The position numbers were made by a program, and so were the translations under genes. A DNA stretch of 13,295 nt from an uncultured Fibrobacterales bacterium (GTDB lineage: Bacteria > Fibrobacterota > Fibrobacteria > Fibrobacterales > CAWVXU01): positions 1-13,295 of the forward strand of contig CAWVXU010000073.1 in assembly GCA_963934255.1 (NCBI GenBank), in the 5' to 3' direction. Under the pieces are notes generated by a model that did no database searches, was not told where the DNA came from, and saw nothing but the letters and a program-made list of their open reading frames with translations. Shown piece after piece: positions 1 to 8,365 of the stretch (position 1 is the stretch's first letter; each line of letters begins with the position of its first letter).

Positions 1-2200
1 CAACATCTTCAATTTGATCATTAAACTCCCATAATTCATAGCCTAAGCTTGATGCCAAAGCTTCTCGTTCTTGGTACGCATCAATCTGAGTCACCAAAGC
101 CATGGCATCCCAAAAAAGATCTACATTAATTTCATCTGTGCTTCTTAATGTTGATGAAGCCAGGTCGTAATAGTACTTAGTATAGGAACTCCACTCAATA
201 CTATAGTGGGGGGTGAAATCATGAGACAATTCAAAATTAGTATGCCATGCTTTTTCAGAAACTAAATCATTATTAAAATGTTGATAATAAAAATCAAATT
301 CATTTTGTGAATACAGACCTGAAGCTAAAGTAAGCTCAGTTATTACGTCCAAACTTTTGAAATAACTCACTCTCGGCGCCAAAAATAAATCACCAGAGTG
401 ACTTTCATGCTCTAGGCGACCACTCAATTCAAATCTTTGCTTAGAGTCTAATTTATAGTCATCTCCAAAGTAAAGTGATGAATAATATTGGGTCCTCTTT
501 CCTTCATAATCCATTATCAACTGACTACTATAATCACTCAGACTATTAAATAGACTATTTTTCTCAATGACTAATCCTTCCGATTCAAAATGCCCAAAGG
601 CATCAAATGAGTCATTATTTCCTTTGACAATAATTTCATAAACAGCCTTGGGAACATCTACATCATAGTTTTGCTCTTTGATATCTAGCCCTACACCAAA
701 AGTAAAGAGGTGTTGATCATTGTATTGGTATAAATGATGACTACGAAAATTGATAGCTGTCCGTTCTAATTCAAATCCGAGTGGTGTCTCATTATCTAAA
801 AAATTAATATTCCACTTCTGCGACTGATAGGCTAAAGTATTTTGCATACTCCATTTATTATTGAGTACTGATTTAAAATTTAATCCGTGAATCCAATTAG
901 GGATATCAACTAAAGCCAAGGTGTCCGGAATATCAATAATATTATTTTGATTCCCTAAATCATCGGGATTTGTGGGATCCAGAACCCTAAAAAGGTCCAA
1001 TCCATTCAGGGCCGTATAATCCACAGAATGAGATTCATTTATTTTGAAGTTTAATCCGAACTCCATATCTTTAAAGTTTGGTAGGTCTAAGCTTGATTTA
1101 AACTCTTCTGCGTCCTCATCATTAATATTACCTGTCAGGTTTAAAACGTCTAATGTTCTCTTGACAAACCAATCATATAAAAATGCCTGATAAGAAAAAT
1201 ACACACCTAACCTATCTGTCACCACTGGAACCCCCATGTAGAAGTTGGCTCTGAGTGGTGTTACTGATACCATACCGACCATAGTATCAAGTGGCGCAGG
1301 CCTTGACTCCATAAACATGGCTCCAGAAAGAGAACCATTTCCCTCAACAGGAAAACCTCCAGAATAAAACTCAAACCTATCAACTGCTTCCATATTAAAA
1401 ATTGAATAAGCACTTAAAGCATGGTAAGGTTGAATCAAAGGTATGTTATTCCAAAAAACTCGCGTCTCTCTTTCATCTCCACCACGCACATAAGGTCTGA
1501 CATTTAAGTCTGATGATGAAGTTACCCCTGGCAGGCTTTTTACAATTTGCATGGGGTCGCCCTGAGTAGCGGCGACTTCTTGCATCTCATCTCGATAGAG
1601 TTTTTTCATTGAAACTTGTTTGCGGTCATGTATCACTTCTCTATCGGCGACGACAATCATATCAGCAGAGTCTTCTGCTTTCGGTTTTGATTTAGAAACC
1701 AATTGCAGATTAAATTGCGTAAATTCATCACTTAACTTAAGCTCAAAGGCTTCCTGTTGAAATGACCAACTTGAGTCAACCGGCCTGACTCTGACAATAG
1801 AATCAACCGGTAAAAAAACAGACACTAATCCATCTGCATCTGACAACAAAGTCAAACTATCATTAACTATAAATGCAAACTGAGGAACGATCTCTTGCTC
1901 GGCACTTAGAATGATAAACATTATTTCTTGGGTAACCGCTTTTGTCTCTTGTGTCGGAATAGTATCTAGCGGAATTACTTGAAAAGATAGTGGCAACATC
2001 TGAATAGTTGAATCAGTATTCGTTGAATCACCCAGCTGTTTTTTATCCGGTAGAGTATCACTCACCATTTTGATTATACGAATTGAATCTGTATTTATTA
2101 AATCTACACTGCTAGAATCCGTTACCGTTGTATCGACAACAATCGCTTCTCCCCAACTAAGGCACGTATAGAGGGCTACTATATATATTAGTAGTGCCAT
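1..2200 (-). CDS. TonB-dependent outer-membrane receptor (partial; its 3' end lies beyond the left window edge)
   Basis: Not in the ORF track because there is no stop in the window. Manual translation from ATG 2200 gives a signal peptide (MALLIYIVALYTCLSWGE), a D/S/T-rich linker, a carboxypeptidase-regulatory-like segment (LLSDADGLVSV) and a plug-domain signature (AATQGDPMQIVKSLPGV...YVRGGDERETRVFWNNIPLIQPYH...FEFYSGGFPVEGNGSLSG). The same frame is still open at 58..2 (LASSLGYELWEFNDQIEDV). Confidence 0.88.
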   Translation of the reverse strand, partial: MALLIYIVALYTCLSWGEAIVVDTTVTDSSSVDLINTDSIRIIKMVSDTLPDKKQLGDSTNTDSTIQMLPLSFQVIPLDTIPTQETKAVTQEIMFIILSAEQEIVPQFAFIVNDSLTLLSDADGLVSVFLPVDSIVRVRPVDSSWSFQQEAFELKLSDEFTQFNLQLVSKSKPKAEDSADMIVVADREVIHDRKQVSMKKLYRDEMQEVAATQGDPMQIVKSLPGVTSSSDLNVRPYVRGGDERETRVFWNNIPLIQPYHALSAYSIFNMEAVDRFEFYSGGFPVEGNGSLSGAMFMESRPAPLDTMVGMVSVTPLRANFYMGVPVVTDRLGVYFSYQAFLYDWFVKRTLDVLNLTGNINDEDAEEFKSSLDLPNFKDMEFGLNFKINESHSVDYTALNGLDLFRVLDPTNPDDLGNQNNIIDIPDTLALVDIPNWIHGLNFKSVLNNKWSMQNTLAYQSQKWNINFLDNETPLGFELERTAINFRSHHLYQYNDQHLFTFGVGLDIKEQNYDVDVPKAVYEIIVKGNNDSFDAFGHFESEGLVIEKNSLFNSLSDYSSQLIMDYEGKRTQYYSSLYFGDDYKLDSKQRFELSGRLEHESHSGDLFLAPRVSYFKSLDVITELTLASGLYSQNEFDFYYQHFNNDLVSEKAWHTNFELSHDFTPHYSIEWSSYTKYYYDLASSTLRSTDEINVDLFWDAMALVTQIDAYQEREALASSLGYELWEFNDQIEDV

Positions 2201-2952
2201 CCCATACCCATATTCAGTTGAGGTACAATTTTCGTAGCATCTTTGTGTGTTGCATTACCTACAAAAGGAACCTCTGGAGTTGAAAGTAAAATCTCAACAT
2301 TGATTTGATCCGGTATGATGTATATATCACCTAAATCAAATTCTGCCCCAAAACTCATCTGTGTGAGCCATCTTCTGGCATGAATATAAAGGTCACTATT
2401 GGTTTCTGTGATATCAGCAAAACCTAAATCAACTATTTGAGTCGTGAGTAAACTTTCTCGTAAGCTAGTATATAGCACAAATTTATTCCACCGTCTAGAA
2501 AGGGCATAATCCATAAAGTAGGTGTTATCTGGCAGTTGCCCTATCCCCCAGCCAAGTCCAACGGCATGCTCCAACCCCGCTCCGAGCCAAGATTTTGGCA
2601 GACCCAACCTCATGTCAAACTGAAGTACCTGACTTGATTCAAATTGATAGCCAATTTCAACACCTTCAAAAATCCACCACTCATCGCGTACCCCAAGACG
2701 GAAGCTTCGACTAACATTAGGGATAGCTCTATAGTACGCATCCCCTTCACACTGAGTAAAGCCGTCCTTTTTAGAGGTGGCGCCTCGACAAAATGGAACC
2801 TTTGTATACGAATAACCCCAATTAATCTCAGATTCACCTGATTTTAACAGCTCACCCTTACGGAAATGATGTGAACTACTCATACAACCGATGAATAACA
2901 CACTCATTATCACTAATAAGCCGATGTTTCTGATGTTTTTTACCCTAATCAT
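2188..2952 (-). CDS. Hypothetical lipoprotein, probable outer-membrane beta-barrel
   Basis: 254-aa ORF with a basic N-terminus, hydrophobic stretch and FIGC lipobox. It has amphipathic beta-strand-like segments and an aromatic C-terminus (NMGMGWHY). Its stop overlaps the receptor start by 13 nt. Confidence 0.7.
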   Translation of the reverse strand: MIRVKNIRNIGLLVIMSVLFIGCMSSSHHFRKGELLKSGESEINWGYSYTKVPFCRGATSKKDGFTQCEGDAYYRAIPNVSRSFRLGVRDEWWIFEGVEIGYQFESSQVLQFDMRLGLPKSWLGAGLEHAVGLGWGIGQLPDNTYFMDYALSRRWNKFVLYTSLRESLLTTQIVDLGFADITETNSDLYIHARRWLTQMSFGAEFDLGDIYIIPDQINVEILLSTPEVPFVGNATHKDATKIVPQLNMGMGWHY

Positions 2953-2956
2953 GGCG

Positions 2957-2964
2957 CAAATTTA
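2957..2964 (-). promoter_or_regulatory. TAnnTTTG (-7-type, Bacteroidota-like) promoter box
   Basis: TAAATTTG on the minus strand, 4 nt upstream of ATG 2952. No Shine-Dalgarno is present. Confidence 0.4.
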
Positions 2965-3231
2965 GAAAATAGCACCTTAGTATATTCAAAAAAGAATCCA
3001 TTCACTTAAAAGTATGTTCTAGCTCACAGTCAATTTTTTCTCACACTACGGGCTCTTTATAAATGGTCATAATTTTAATATTATAATAGAAAGCAATCAA
3101 GCCCTTGGCACTGCGACTTATATGAGCGTTGGAACATCTACCTAGCTAAATTTCGTTTCTAAATTTCTTTTTACCTCTAAGTCCATTGTGGACATATATT
3201 TAGTTTTAGAAAAAAACTTAGAGGTCTTATC

Positions 3232-3774
3232 ATGAAACATATCCTATCTATTTTATCCGTATTTACTTTCGTTTTTATGGCCTGTGGTGATGACAATTCA
3301 CTTGACAGTGGCTCAGGCACAAACGACTTTAATCCTAACGCCGCTCTAGATGCAATTATTGACAATGGTCAACCGATTGTAACAGCGATCATCCAAACTC
3401 AGACTCAAGAAGGCAATACCGTTGAGGATACGCTCACCCGCAACACAAGTAACAATTATCAATTTGATATTGCTGTTGACTTAACAGAAGCTGAATACTC
3501 GACTGGTCAAGTTGATTTTGCATTTTTAATTACCGACTCAGACATGAATGTGAAAGAAGCTAATTACGTTAAGACTGATGATGCAGGAGATTTTGCATCT
3601 TCCAAAGTTTGCGAGAATTTTACAGATTCAGAAGAAGCATACTGTAGTCAGAGATTTTATATCAGCAATATGACTCAAAATATTGGAATGACTACCATTT
3701 ATACTGCTCAATTTGTTGATGAGAAATCTCAAAAAAGCCAAATACTTAGTTTTGAATTTACAGTCGTTCCTTAG
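3232..3774 (+). CDS. Hypothetical acidic lipoprotein
   Basis: 180-aa ORF with a GAGG SD, signal peptide II (MKHILSILSVFTFVFMAC) and GDDNS after the Cys. The beta-rich, acidic mature region has two further Cys residues. Confidence 0.8.
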   Translation: MKHILSILSVFTFVFMACGDDNSLDSGSGTNDFNPNAALDAIIDNGQPIVTAIIQTQTQEGNTVEDTLTRNTSNNYQFDIAVDLTEAEYSTGQVDFAFLITDSDMNVKEANYVKTDDAGDFASSKVCENFTDSEEAYCSQRFYISNMTQNIGMTTIYTAQFVDEKSQKSQILSFEFTVVP

Positions 3775-3815
3775 TCGGGCAGCACTACTGGTGAGTTCAA
3801 ATTGAGCAAAGCTTT

Positions 3816-3831
3816 TGGCATAGCATTTGCA
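3816..3831 (+). promoter_or_regulatory. sigma54 (RpoN) -24/-12 promoter
   Basis: TGGCATAGCATTTGCA versus the consensus TGGCACG-N4-TTGCW: exact GG-N10-GC spacing, about 40 nt upstream of ATG 3871. Confidence 0.65.
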
Positions 3832-3870
3832 TCATACTCTTCATATGCCATTCAAGCTGTGGAGCTCACT

Positions 3871-5151
3871 ATGCAACCTTCTTTTAAATTTTCTGTTTTT
3901 CTTTTACTTATTTTGTCACTTCTGTGCATCCTTCCTAGCCCTGCTCAAGCGGGGCTATTTGAATATGTAGGAGGAAATTTTAAAGGCAAACCTCAAGAGC
4001 TAAACCAAAAACTTCCTACTGAGACTAAGGCCTGGATTGACTCATTACTTGCTCCCCTTGACTCGAATCGTATGGCTGATGCTCATGTACACTTACTGAG
4101 CCTGGGTCACGACAAATCAGGTGCTTTTGTGAATCCTGAATTAAGAGAAATCAGCCACCCAATCAAATATGCTCAGTTTAAAACCTATCTCTCTGCTGCT
4201 CAAGTCCGCGATACAAGTAAAGCCTCCGATCAATCTTGGGCCAGACTGAAAGACCTAATAGAACATCATCCCAAAAAAGGTAAGTTCTTTCTTTTTGCTT
4301 TTGATGCACACTATTCGAAACAAGGGGTGAAGAATCTAGAGCTCTCTACCTTCTACATCCCCAATGAATTAGCATGGAAAAGATCACAAGAAGATACTGC
4401 TAGATATACTCCAGTTATCTCAGTACACCCTTATAGAAAAGACGCACTAGCTGAACTAGACAAATGGGGTGCTCGTGGAGTTCATTACCTGAAGTGGCTT
4501 CCTAATGCCATGGGAATTCCACCGAATAATCCTCGTCTCATTCCATTTTATAATAAAATGAAACAATACAATATCACCCTAATCTCACACTCAGGTGAAG
4601 AGCACGCAGTCGATGCCGATGACCACCAAGCTTACGGAAATCCTCTGGCCTTTAGACTACCTCTTGACTTAGGAGTTCAAGTTATTTTGGCTCATGCAGC
4701 CACCACAGGTAATCATCATGATCTAGATAATGATCCTCAAATGAAATCCACCAAAATCCCTAGCTATCAACTCTTAGCAAGGATGCTTGATGAATCTCAA
4801 TATAAGGACCGTCTCTTTATTGATCTCTCAGCTATCTCACTTTATAATCACCTCGGCCCTCAAGTCGACACTCTGCTAAGCCGTCCCGATTGGAATGTTC
4901 GAATGATTGATGGAAGTGATTATCCTTTACCTGCTGTAAATTTTTTAGTCCGTACCAAACAATTGGAGAAACAAAATTACATCACGGCTCTTGAACGTCA
5001 GCGTCTTAACGAAGTTTATGGCTACAACCCATTACTCTTTGATCTACTCACCAAGCGTGTGATGAAGCACCCCAAAACAAAAAAATCATTGGGTATTGAA
5101 GCTTTCCATGTACCTAGAAGTTTACCGGGCGGAGCAGGGATTAGGAATTAG
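3871..5151 (+). CDS. Amidohydrolase-family (Amidohydro_2-like) metal-dependent TIM-barrel hydrolase with an export signal
   Basis: Metal-ligand motifs DAHVH, SHSGEE, LAHAA and GSDYP. Start re-called from TTG 3802 to ATG 3871, which has GGAG at 3861-3864, lies downstream of the sigma54 box and is followed by a signal peptide ending in AQA. Confidence 0.82.
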   Translation: MQPSFKFSVFLLLILSLLCILPSPAQAGLFEYVGGNFKGKPQELNQKLPTETKAWIDSLLAPLDSNRMADAHVHLLSLGHDKSGAFVNPELREISHPIKYAQFKTYLSAAQVRDTSKASDQSWARLKDLIEHHPKKGKFFLFAFDAHYSKQGVKNLELSTFYIPNELAWKRSQEDTARYTPVISVHPYRKDALAELDKWGARGVHYLKWLPNAMGIPPNNPRLIPFYNKMKQYNITLISHSGEEHAVDADDHQAYGNPLAFRLPLDLGVQVILAHAATTGNHHDLDNDPQMKSTKIPSYQLLARMLDESQYKDRLFIDLSAISLYNHLGPQVDTLLSRPDWNVRMIDGSDYPLPAVNFLVRTKQLEKQNYITALERQRLNEVYGYNPLLFDLLTKRVMKHPKTKKSLGIEAFHVPRSLPGGAGIRN

Positions 5152-5168
5152 AGATATTCAAACTATTT

Positions 5169-6620
5169 TTATTGAGCGCCGGAACCTGAAATCACGACCC
5201 AGATAGTTCTGACTAAAATTTGTACATCAAGTAGTATTGACATGTTTTCAAAATAGTACAGATCGTATAGAAGCTTTTTTTTGACATCATCAATTGAGGT
5301 GTCATAATGATGACGAACTTGTGCCCAACCCGTCAGACCCGGCTTCATGAGGAGGCGACGGCCATAGAGAGGGATCTCTTCTTTAAGCTTTTCGATAAAG
5401 TGTTCACGTTCCGGGCGAGGGCCTACCATAGACATATCACCGACCAGGACACACCACATTTGTGGTATTTCATCGATGCGCCATTTGCGAAGGAATTTCC
5501 CGATTCGAGTAATTCTAGGGTCTTTTTTTTGAGCCCACTGAGGACCATCTACTTCAGCATCCACAATCATGGAACGAAATTTATGGACGTGAAATTTCTT
5601 ACCATATTGGCCCACTCGCTCTTGAGTATAAAGGATGGGACCTTGAGAGTCTAGTTTAACAATAATTGACGTTATTAATAAAATTGGACTCGCAAGAATC
5701 AGACCAATTGAGGCAACACAAATGTCCATGAATCGTTTGAGATATGCTTCCCAAGCCGGCATGTTTTGTGGAAGTAATTCTTTGAGATTAAATCCATGTA
5801 CAAATGAAATTTTAAAATGGCCTGTCACCACATCATACAAGTCAGGGATGATATAAACTGTCACGGGTAGTTCAGCTACATGTTTTAGAATACTCAGAAT
5901 ATCTTCGTGTTCTTCTGTTTCATGAGTAATTACAATACCAGCAACTTTAAACTCTCGCGCAATTTCTTTGAGGTTTTCAACAAAACCAAGGACAGGGGCA
6001 CTAGCAAATTCTTTGACACTTCCAGCTTCGTCACTGTGATGTGTACTGACATATCCGAGTAATCTATGTCCTAGCTCTGGATTTTCATCCAGCTCTTTCT
6101 TAGCTTCAATGCCAGCTGAATTCATCCCGACAATGATGAACTGATCTGTACCAAAGCCACGTAGTAGTAACATTCGAACAATAGTCTGTACAAACATCCT
6201 TAAGACAAGAGTCAGGAAGACTAATGAAATTCCATAACAGGTAAGCACCTTTAAAAATGGATCCTTGAGAAATTCAACTGATTGAGCCTCAACAACGGCG
6301 CGCATTAAAAAGGGGCCAAAGAATAAACAAAATATTAAGAACCAACCAAAAAGGATGGTCCTAATGACACACACAAATTGATAAGTTCTCGATCTGACCA
6401 TCCACTTGCGATAGAGCCCAGTTAAAGCATAAAGCAATATCCAGCATGTACTTAAAAGAGAGCCTGAAATGAGAAATTGACTCAGCTCTTTGGTTGAGTC
6501 TAATTTCTCAGGGATGTACCCAGAATAATATTGAAGCCAAAAGATAAAGACAAAGGTCAAAAATAATCCAGCGATGTCTGAAAGTAAAGTAAGAAGCTTT
6601 TCTAATAGAGTCGCTGACAT
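5169..6620 (-). CDS. Polyprenyl-phosphate sugar phosphotransferase (WcaJ/WbaP-like priming glycosyltransferase)
   Basis: N-terminal TM helices, a central Rossmann-like segment (IIVGMNSAG) and C-terminal Bac_transf motifs (KRFMDI, KFRSM, DPRITRIGKFLRKWRIDEIPQ, GDMSMVGPRPE, KPGLTGWAQV). Confidence 0.92.
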   Translation of the reverse strand: MSATLLEKLLTLLSDIAGLFLTFVFIFWLQYYSGYIPEKLDSTKELSQFLISGSLLSTCWILLYALTGLYRKWMVRSRTYQFVCVIRTILFGWFLIFCLFFGPFLMRAVVEAQSVEFLKDPFLKVLTCYGISLVFLTLVLRMFVQTIVRMLLLRGFGTDQFIIVGMNSAGIEAKKELDENPELGHRLLGYVSTHHSDEAGSVKEFASAPVLGFVENLKEIAREFKVAGIVITHETEEHEDILSILKHVAELPVTVYIIPDLYDVVTGHFKISFVHGFNLKELLPQNMPAWEAYLKRFMDICVASIGLILASPILLITSIIVKLDSQGPILYTQERVGQYGKKFHVHKFRSMIVDAEVDGPQWAQKKDPRITRIGKFLRKWRIDEIPQMWCVLVGDMSMVGPRPEREHFIEKLKEEIPLYGRRLLMKPGLTGWAQVRHHYDTSIDDVKKKLLYDLYYFENMSILLDVQILVRTIWVVISGSGAQ

Positions 6621-6681
6621 ATTTTTTCTTATCCTCTCATATTTCTAATGCCTGTAATTTATTTTTTCAGTCAAAAGAAAT

Positions 6682-7974
6682 CTAATTGGCAAATCGAATC
6701 ATTTTAGGAGCTTCCACACAAGCATCTGATGCTTCAAAACTTTTTAAAGCAGCTTGGATCTTTCTCTCTTGCGCACTGTGAGTCAATACGATAATGTTGA
6801 CATGACCAGGATCTTCAACGTCTTTTTGGAACATCGACTTAATCGAAATGTCTTCATGTGATAGTGCGTTAGTAATCTGAGCGAGGACGCCCACCTCATC
6901 ACGCGTGACAAAACGAACATAATATGACGCTTCAATTTCCTCAAAAGGCATGAGAGTTGCAGCATTATCGACAGAATAATAACCCATCGCAGGTGGGTTG
7001 GCTTTTCCGTTGGCAAGATGATTGGCAATATAAATCAAATCACCTACCACAGCAGATGCTGTCGGAAGTTTACCGGCCCCGGCACCTGTCAAAAGAGTTG
7101 GTCCTAGTGCTGATGTTTCCATGTAGACGGCATTGAGCACATCGTTAACATTTGATAACAAATGAGAGTTTTTCAAAAGAGCTGGATGAACACGAGCATC
7201 TAATCTATTTTCACTTTGTTCAAAGTAACCGAGTAGTTTAATCGTACAGCCCATCTCACGTGCCATGTCAATATCAATACCTTCAATATCGCGGATACCT
7301 GAGATGTGGATCTTTTCAAAATCAACAAAAGTCTTAGTAGCTAGTGACGCCAAAATTGCCAATTTATGTGCTGAATCAATTCCGTCAACATCAAATGTTG
7401 GATCAGCTTCTGCATAGCCTAACTCTTGAGCTACTTTTAAAATCGGACCAAAGTCTCCACCATTTTGAGTCATCTCTGTCAAAATATAATTACAAGTACC
7501 ATTGATAATACCCGAAAGAGATTTGATCGTGTTACCCACCAATGAGTGTTGTACTGTACTGATAATAGGTATACCACCGGCTACAGCCGCTTCAAATGCG
7601 AAGTAAAGGTTTTTACTGGCAGCCACAGGAAAGAGCTCAGCTCCGTGCTTAGCAATCAGTGCCTTGTTGGCTGTCACGACATGTTTGCCGTTTTCAAATG
7701 CTTTGAGGATCCACTCACGCGGCAAATCATAACCACCTACAAGCTCACAGATAATATCAATATCAGGACTTTCAAGTAAATCATTTGGCTCAGCCGTCGT
7801 CTGATAACCTTTTTTCTCGAAATACTCTCGAGTCTCACTTGAGCGAGCGCACAGTAGCCCAAACTCAATATCAAGATTCATTTCTTTCTTATACGATTCC
7901 ATCTTGGATTCGATAATTTCAATAACACCAGAACCTACAGTTCCTAGACCTAAAACGCCAACTTTGATGGACAT
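6682..7974 (-). CDS. hom: Homoserine dehydrogenase with a C-terminal ACT domain
   Basis: Motifs GLGTVGSG, HVVTANKA, FEAAVAGGIP, GIINGTCNYIL, GYAEADPTFDVDGID and GAGAGKLPTASAV, plus ACT-like DEVGVLAQIT. Start re-called to ATG 7974 (GGAGG SD at 7983-7979). Confidence 0.96.
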   Translation of the reverse strand: MSIKVGVLGLGTVGSGVIEIIESKMESYKKEMNLDIEFGLLCARSSETREYFEKKGYQTTAEPNDLLESPDIDIICELVGGYDLPREWILKAFENGKHVVTANKALIAKHGAELFPVAASKNLYFAFEAAVAGGIPIISTVQHSLVGNTIKSLSGIINGTCNYILTEMTQNGGDFGPILKVAQELGYAEADPTFDVDGIDSAHKLAILASLATKTFVDFEKIHISGIRDIEGIDIDMAREMGCTIKLLGYFEQSENRLDARVHPALLKNSHLLSNVNDVLNAVYMETSALGPTLLTGAGAGKLPTASAVVGDLIYIANHLANGKANPPAMGYYSVDNAATLMPFEEIEASYYVRFVTRDEVGVLAQITNALSHEDISIKSMFQKDVEDPGHVNIIVLTHSAQERKIQAALKSFEASDACVEAPKMIRFAN

Positions 7975-8007
7975 AAAACCTCCAAAAATATATGAGCAGA
8001 AAGGTAG

Positions 8008-8037
8008 AAAAAAAGAGCGAACACTCGTCCTCTCTTT
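8008..8037 (-). terminator. Intrinsic terminator in the hom upstream region
   Basis: Minus strand AAAGAG-A-GGAC-gagt-GTTC-G-CTCTTT continuing into a 7-T run, 33 nt upstream of the hom ATG. Confidence 0.6.
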
Positions 8038-8135
8038 ATCATGCACCCGAGGTACATCTCCGGCGAAGGTACTCTCAAAGTACACTTATTGGTGCGATAC
8101 GCCCAGTTTAGTGATGATTTGAAGGACATAATGCT
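8008..8135 (-). ncRNA. Candidate structured leader RNA or sRNA upstream of hom
   Basis: Nested long-range pairings GTCCTT(8127-8122):GAGGAC(8032-8027), ATCAT(8118-8114):ATGAT(8042-8038) and CACT(8113-8110):GGTG(8047-8044), with inner hairpins, ending in a terminator. I do not recognise the family. Confidence 0.4.
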
Positions 8136-8295
8136 GAGCTAAATTACCATTTGAGTGCCAAATGTATGATTCATCGACCAAACCAGAGGCTGGTACCAAA
8201 TGAACTGAGTTTCCAGCTAAATCAAATAATGCAGCCCACTCGACATCAGCGCCTTCATTGCATTGGATCTCTATACTATGACTCTCAAGCATCAT
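8086..8295 (-). pseudogene. Possible remnant of a T9SS/Fibrobacter-type C-terminal sorting domain
   Basis: The short ORF reads ...AALFDLAGNSV...NLAQHYVLQIITKLGVSHQ*VYFE. This resembles the IYDLxGxxV...GxYxVKIxTxxG...KxII pattern, but it has no signal peptide or passenger domain. Confidence 0.3.
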
Positions 8296-8308
8296 TAAAG
8301 TTTGGGAC

Positions 8309-8343
8309 AAAAAAAGGCAAGCCCAACTCAATGGACTTGCCTT
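8309..8343 (-). terminator. Rho-independent terminator of cysD-cysNC
   Basis: Minus strand AAGGCAAGTCCA-ttgagt-TGGGCTTGCCTT running into a 7-T tract, starting 22 nt after the cysNC stop. Confidence 0.88.
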
Positions 8344-8365
8344 AAATATTCATTTCAAAGAACAA

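Noticed and set aside
1930..1941. 12-bp exact repeat GGGTAACCGCTT, also at 13127-13138
   Set aside because: A few 12-mer matches are expected by chance in 13 kb, and this copy is inside a coding sequence.
3802..3870. TTG-initiated extension of the amidohydrolase
   Set aside because: It overlaps the sigma54 box. ATG 3871 has an SD and a proper signal peptide.
7975..8085. GTG-initiated 37-aa N-terminal extension of hom in the ORF track
   Set aside because: Homology begins at MSIKVGVLG, which has a GGAGG SD, and the extension crosses a terminator.
8145..8160. TGGCACTCAAATGGTA (minus) as a sigma54 promoter
   Set aside because: It has GT instead of the conserved GC at -12.
8210..8255. SAM-II-like words GCGCTGAT...TAGCT on the minus strand
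   Set aside because: The P1 partner strand and conserved loop are missing, and it is not adjacent to a ribosome-binding site.
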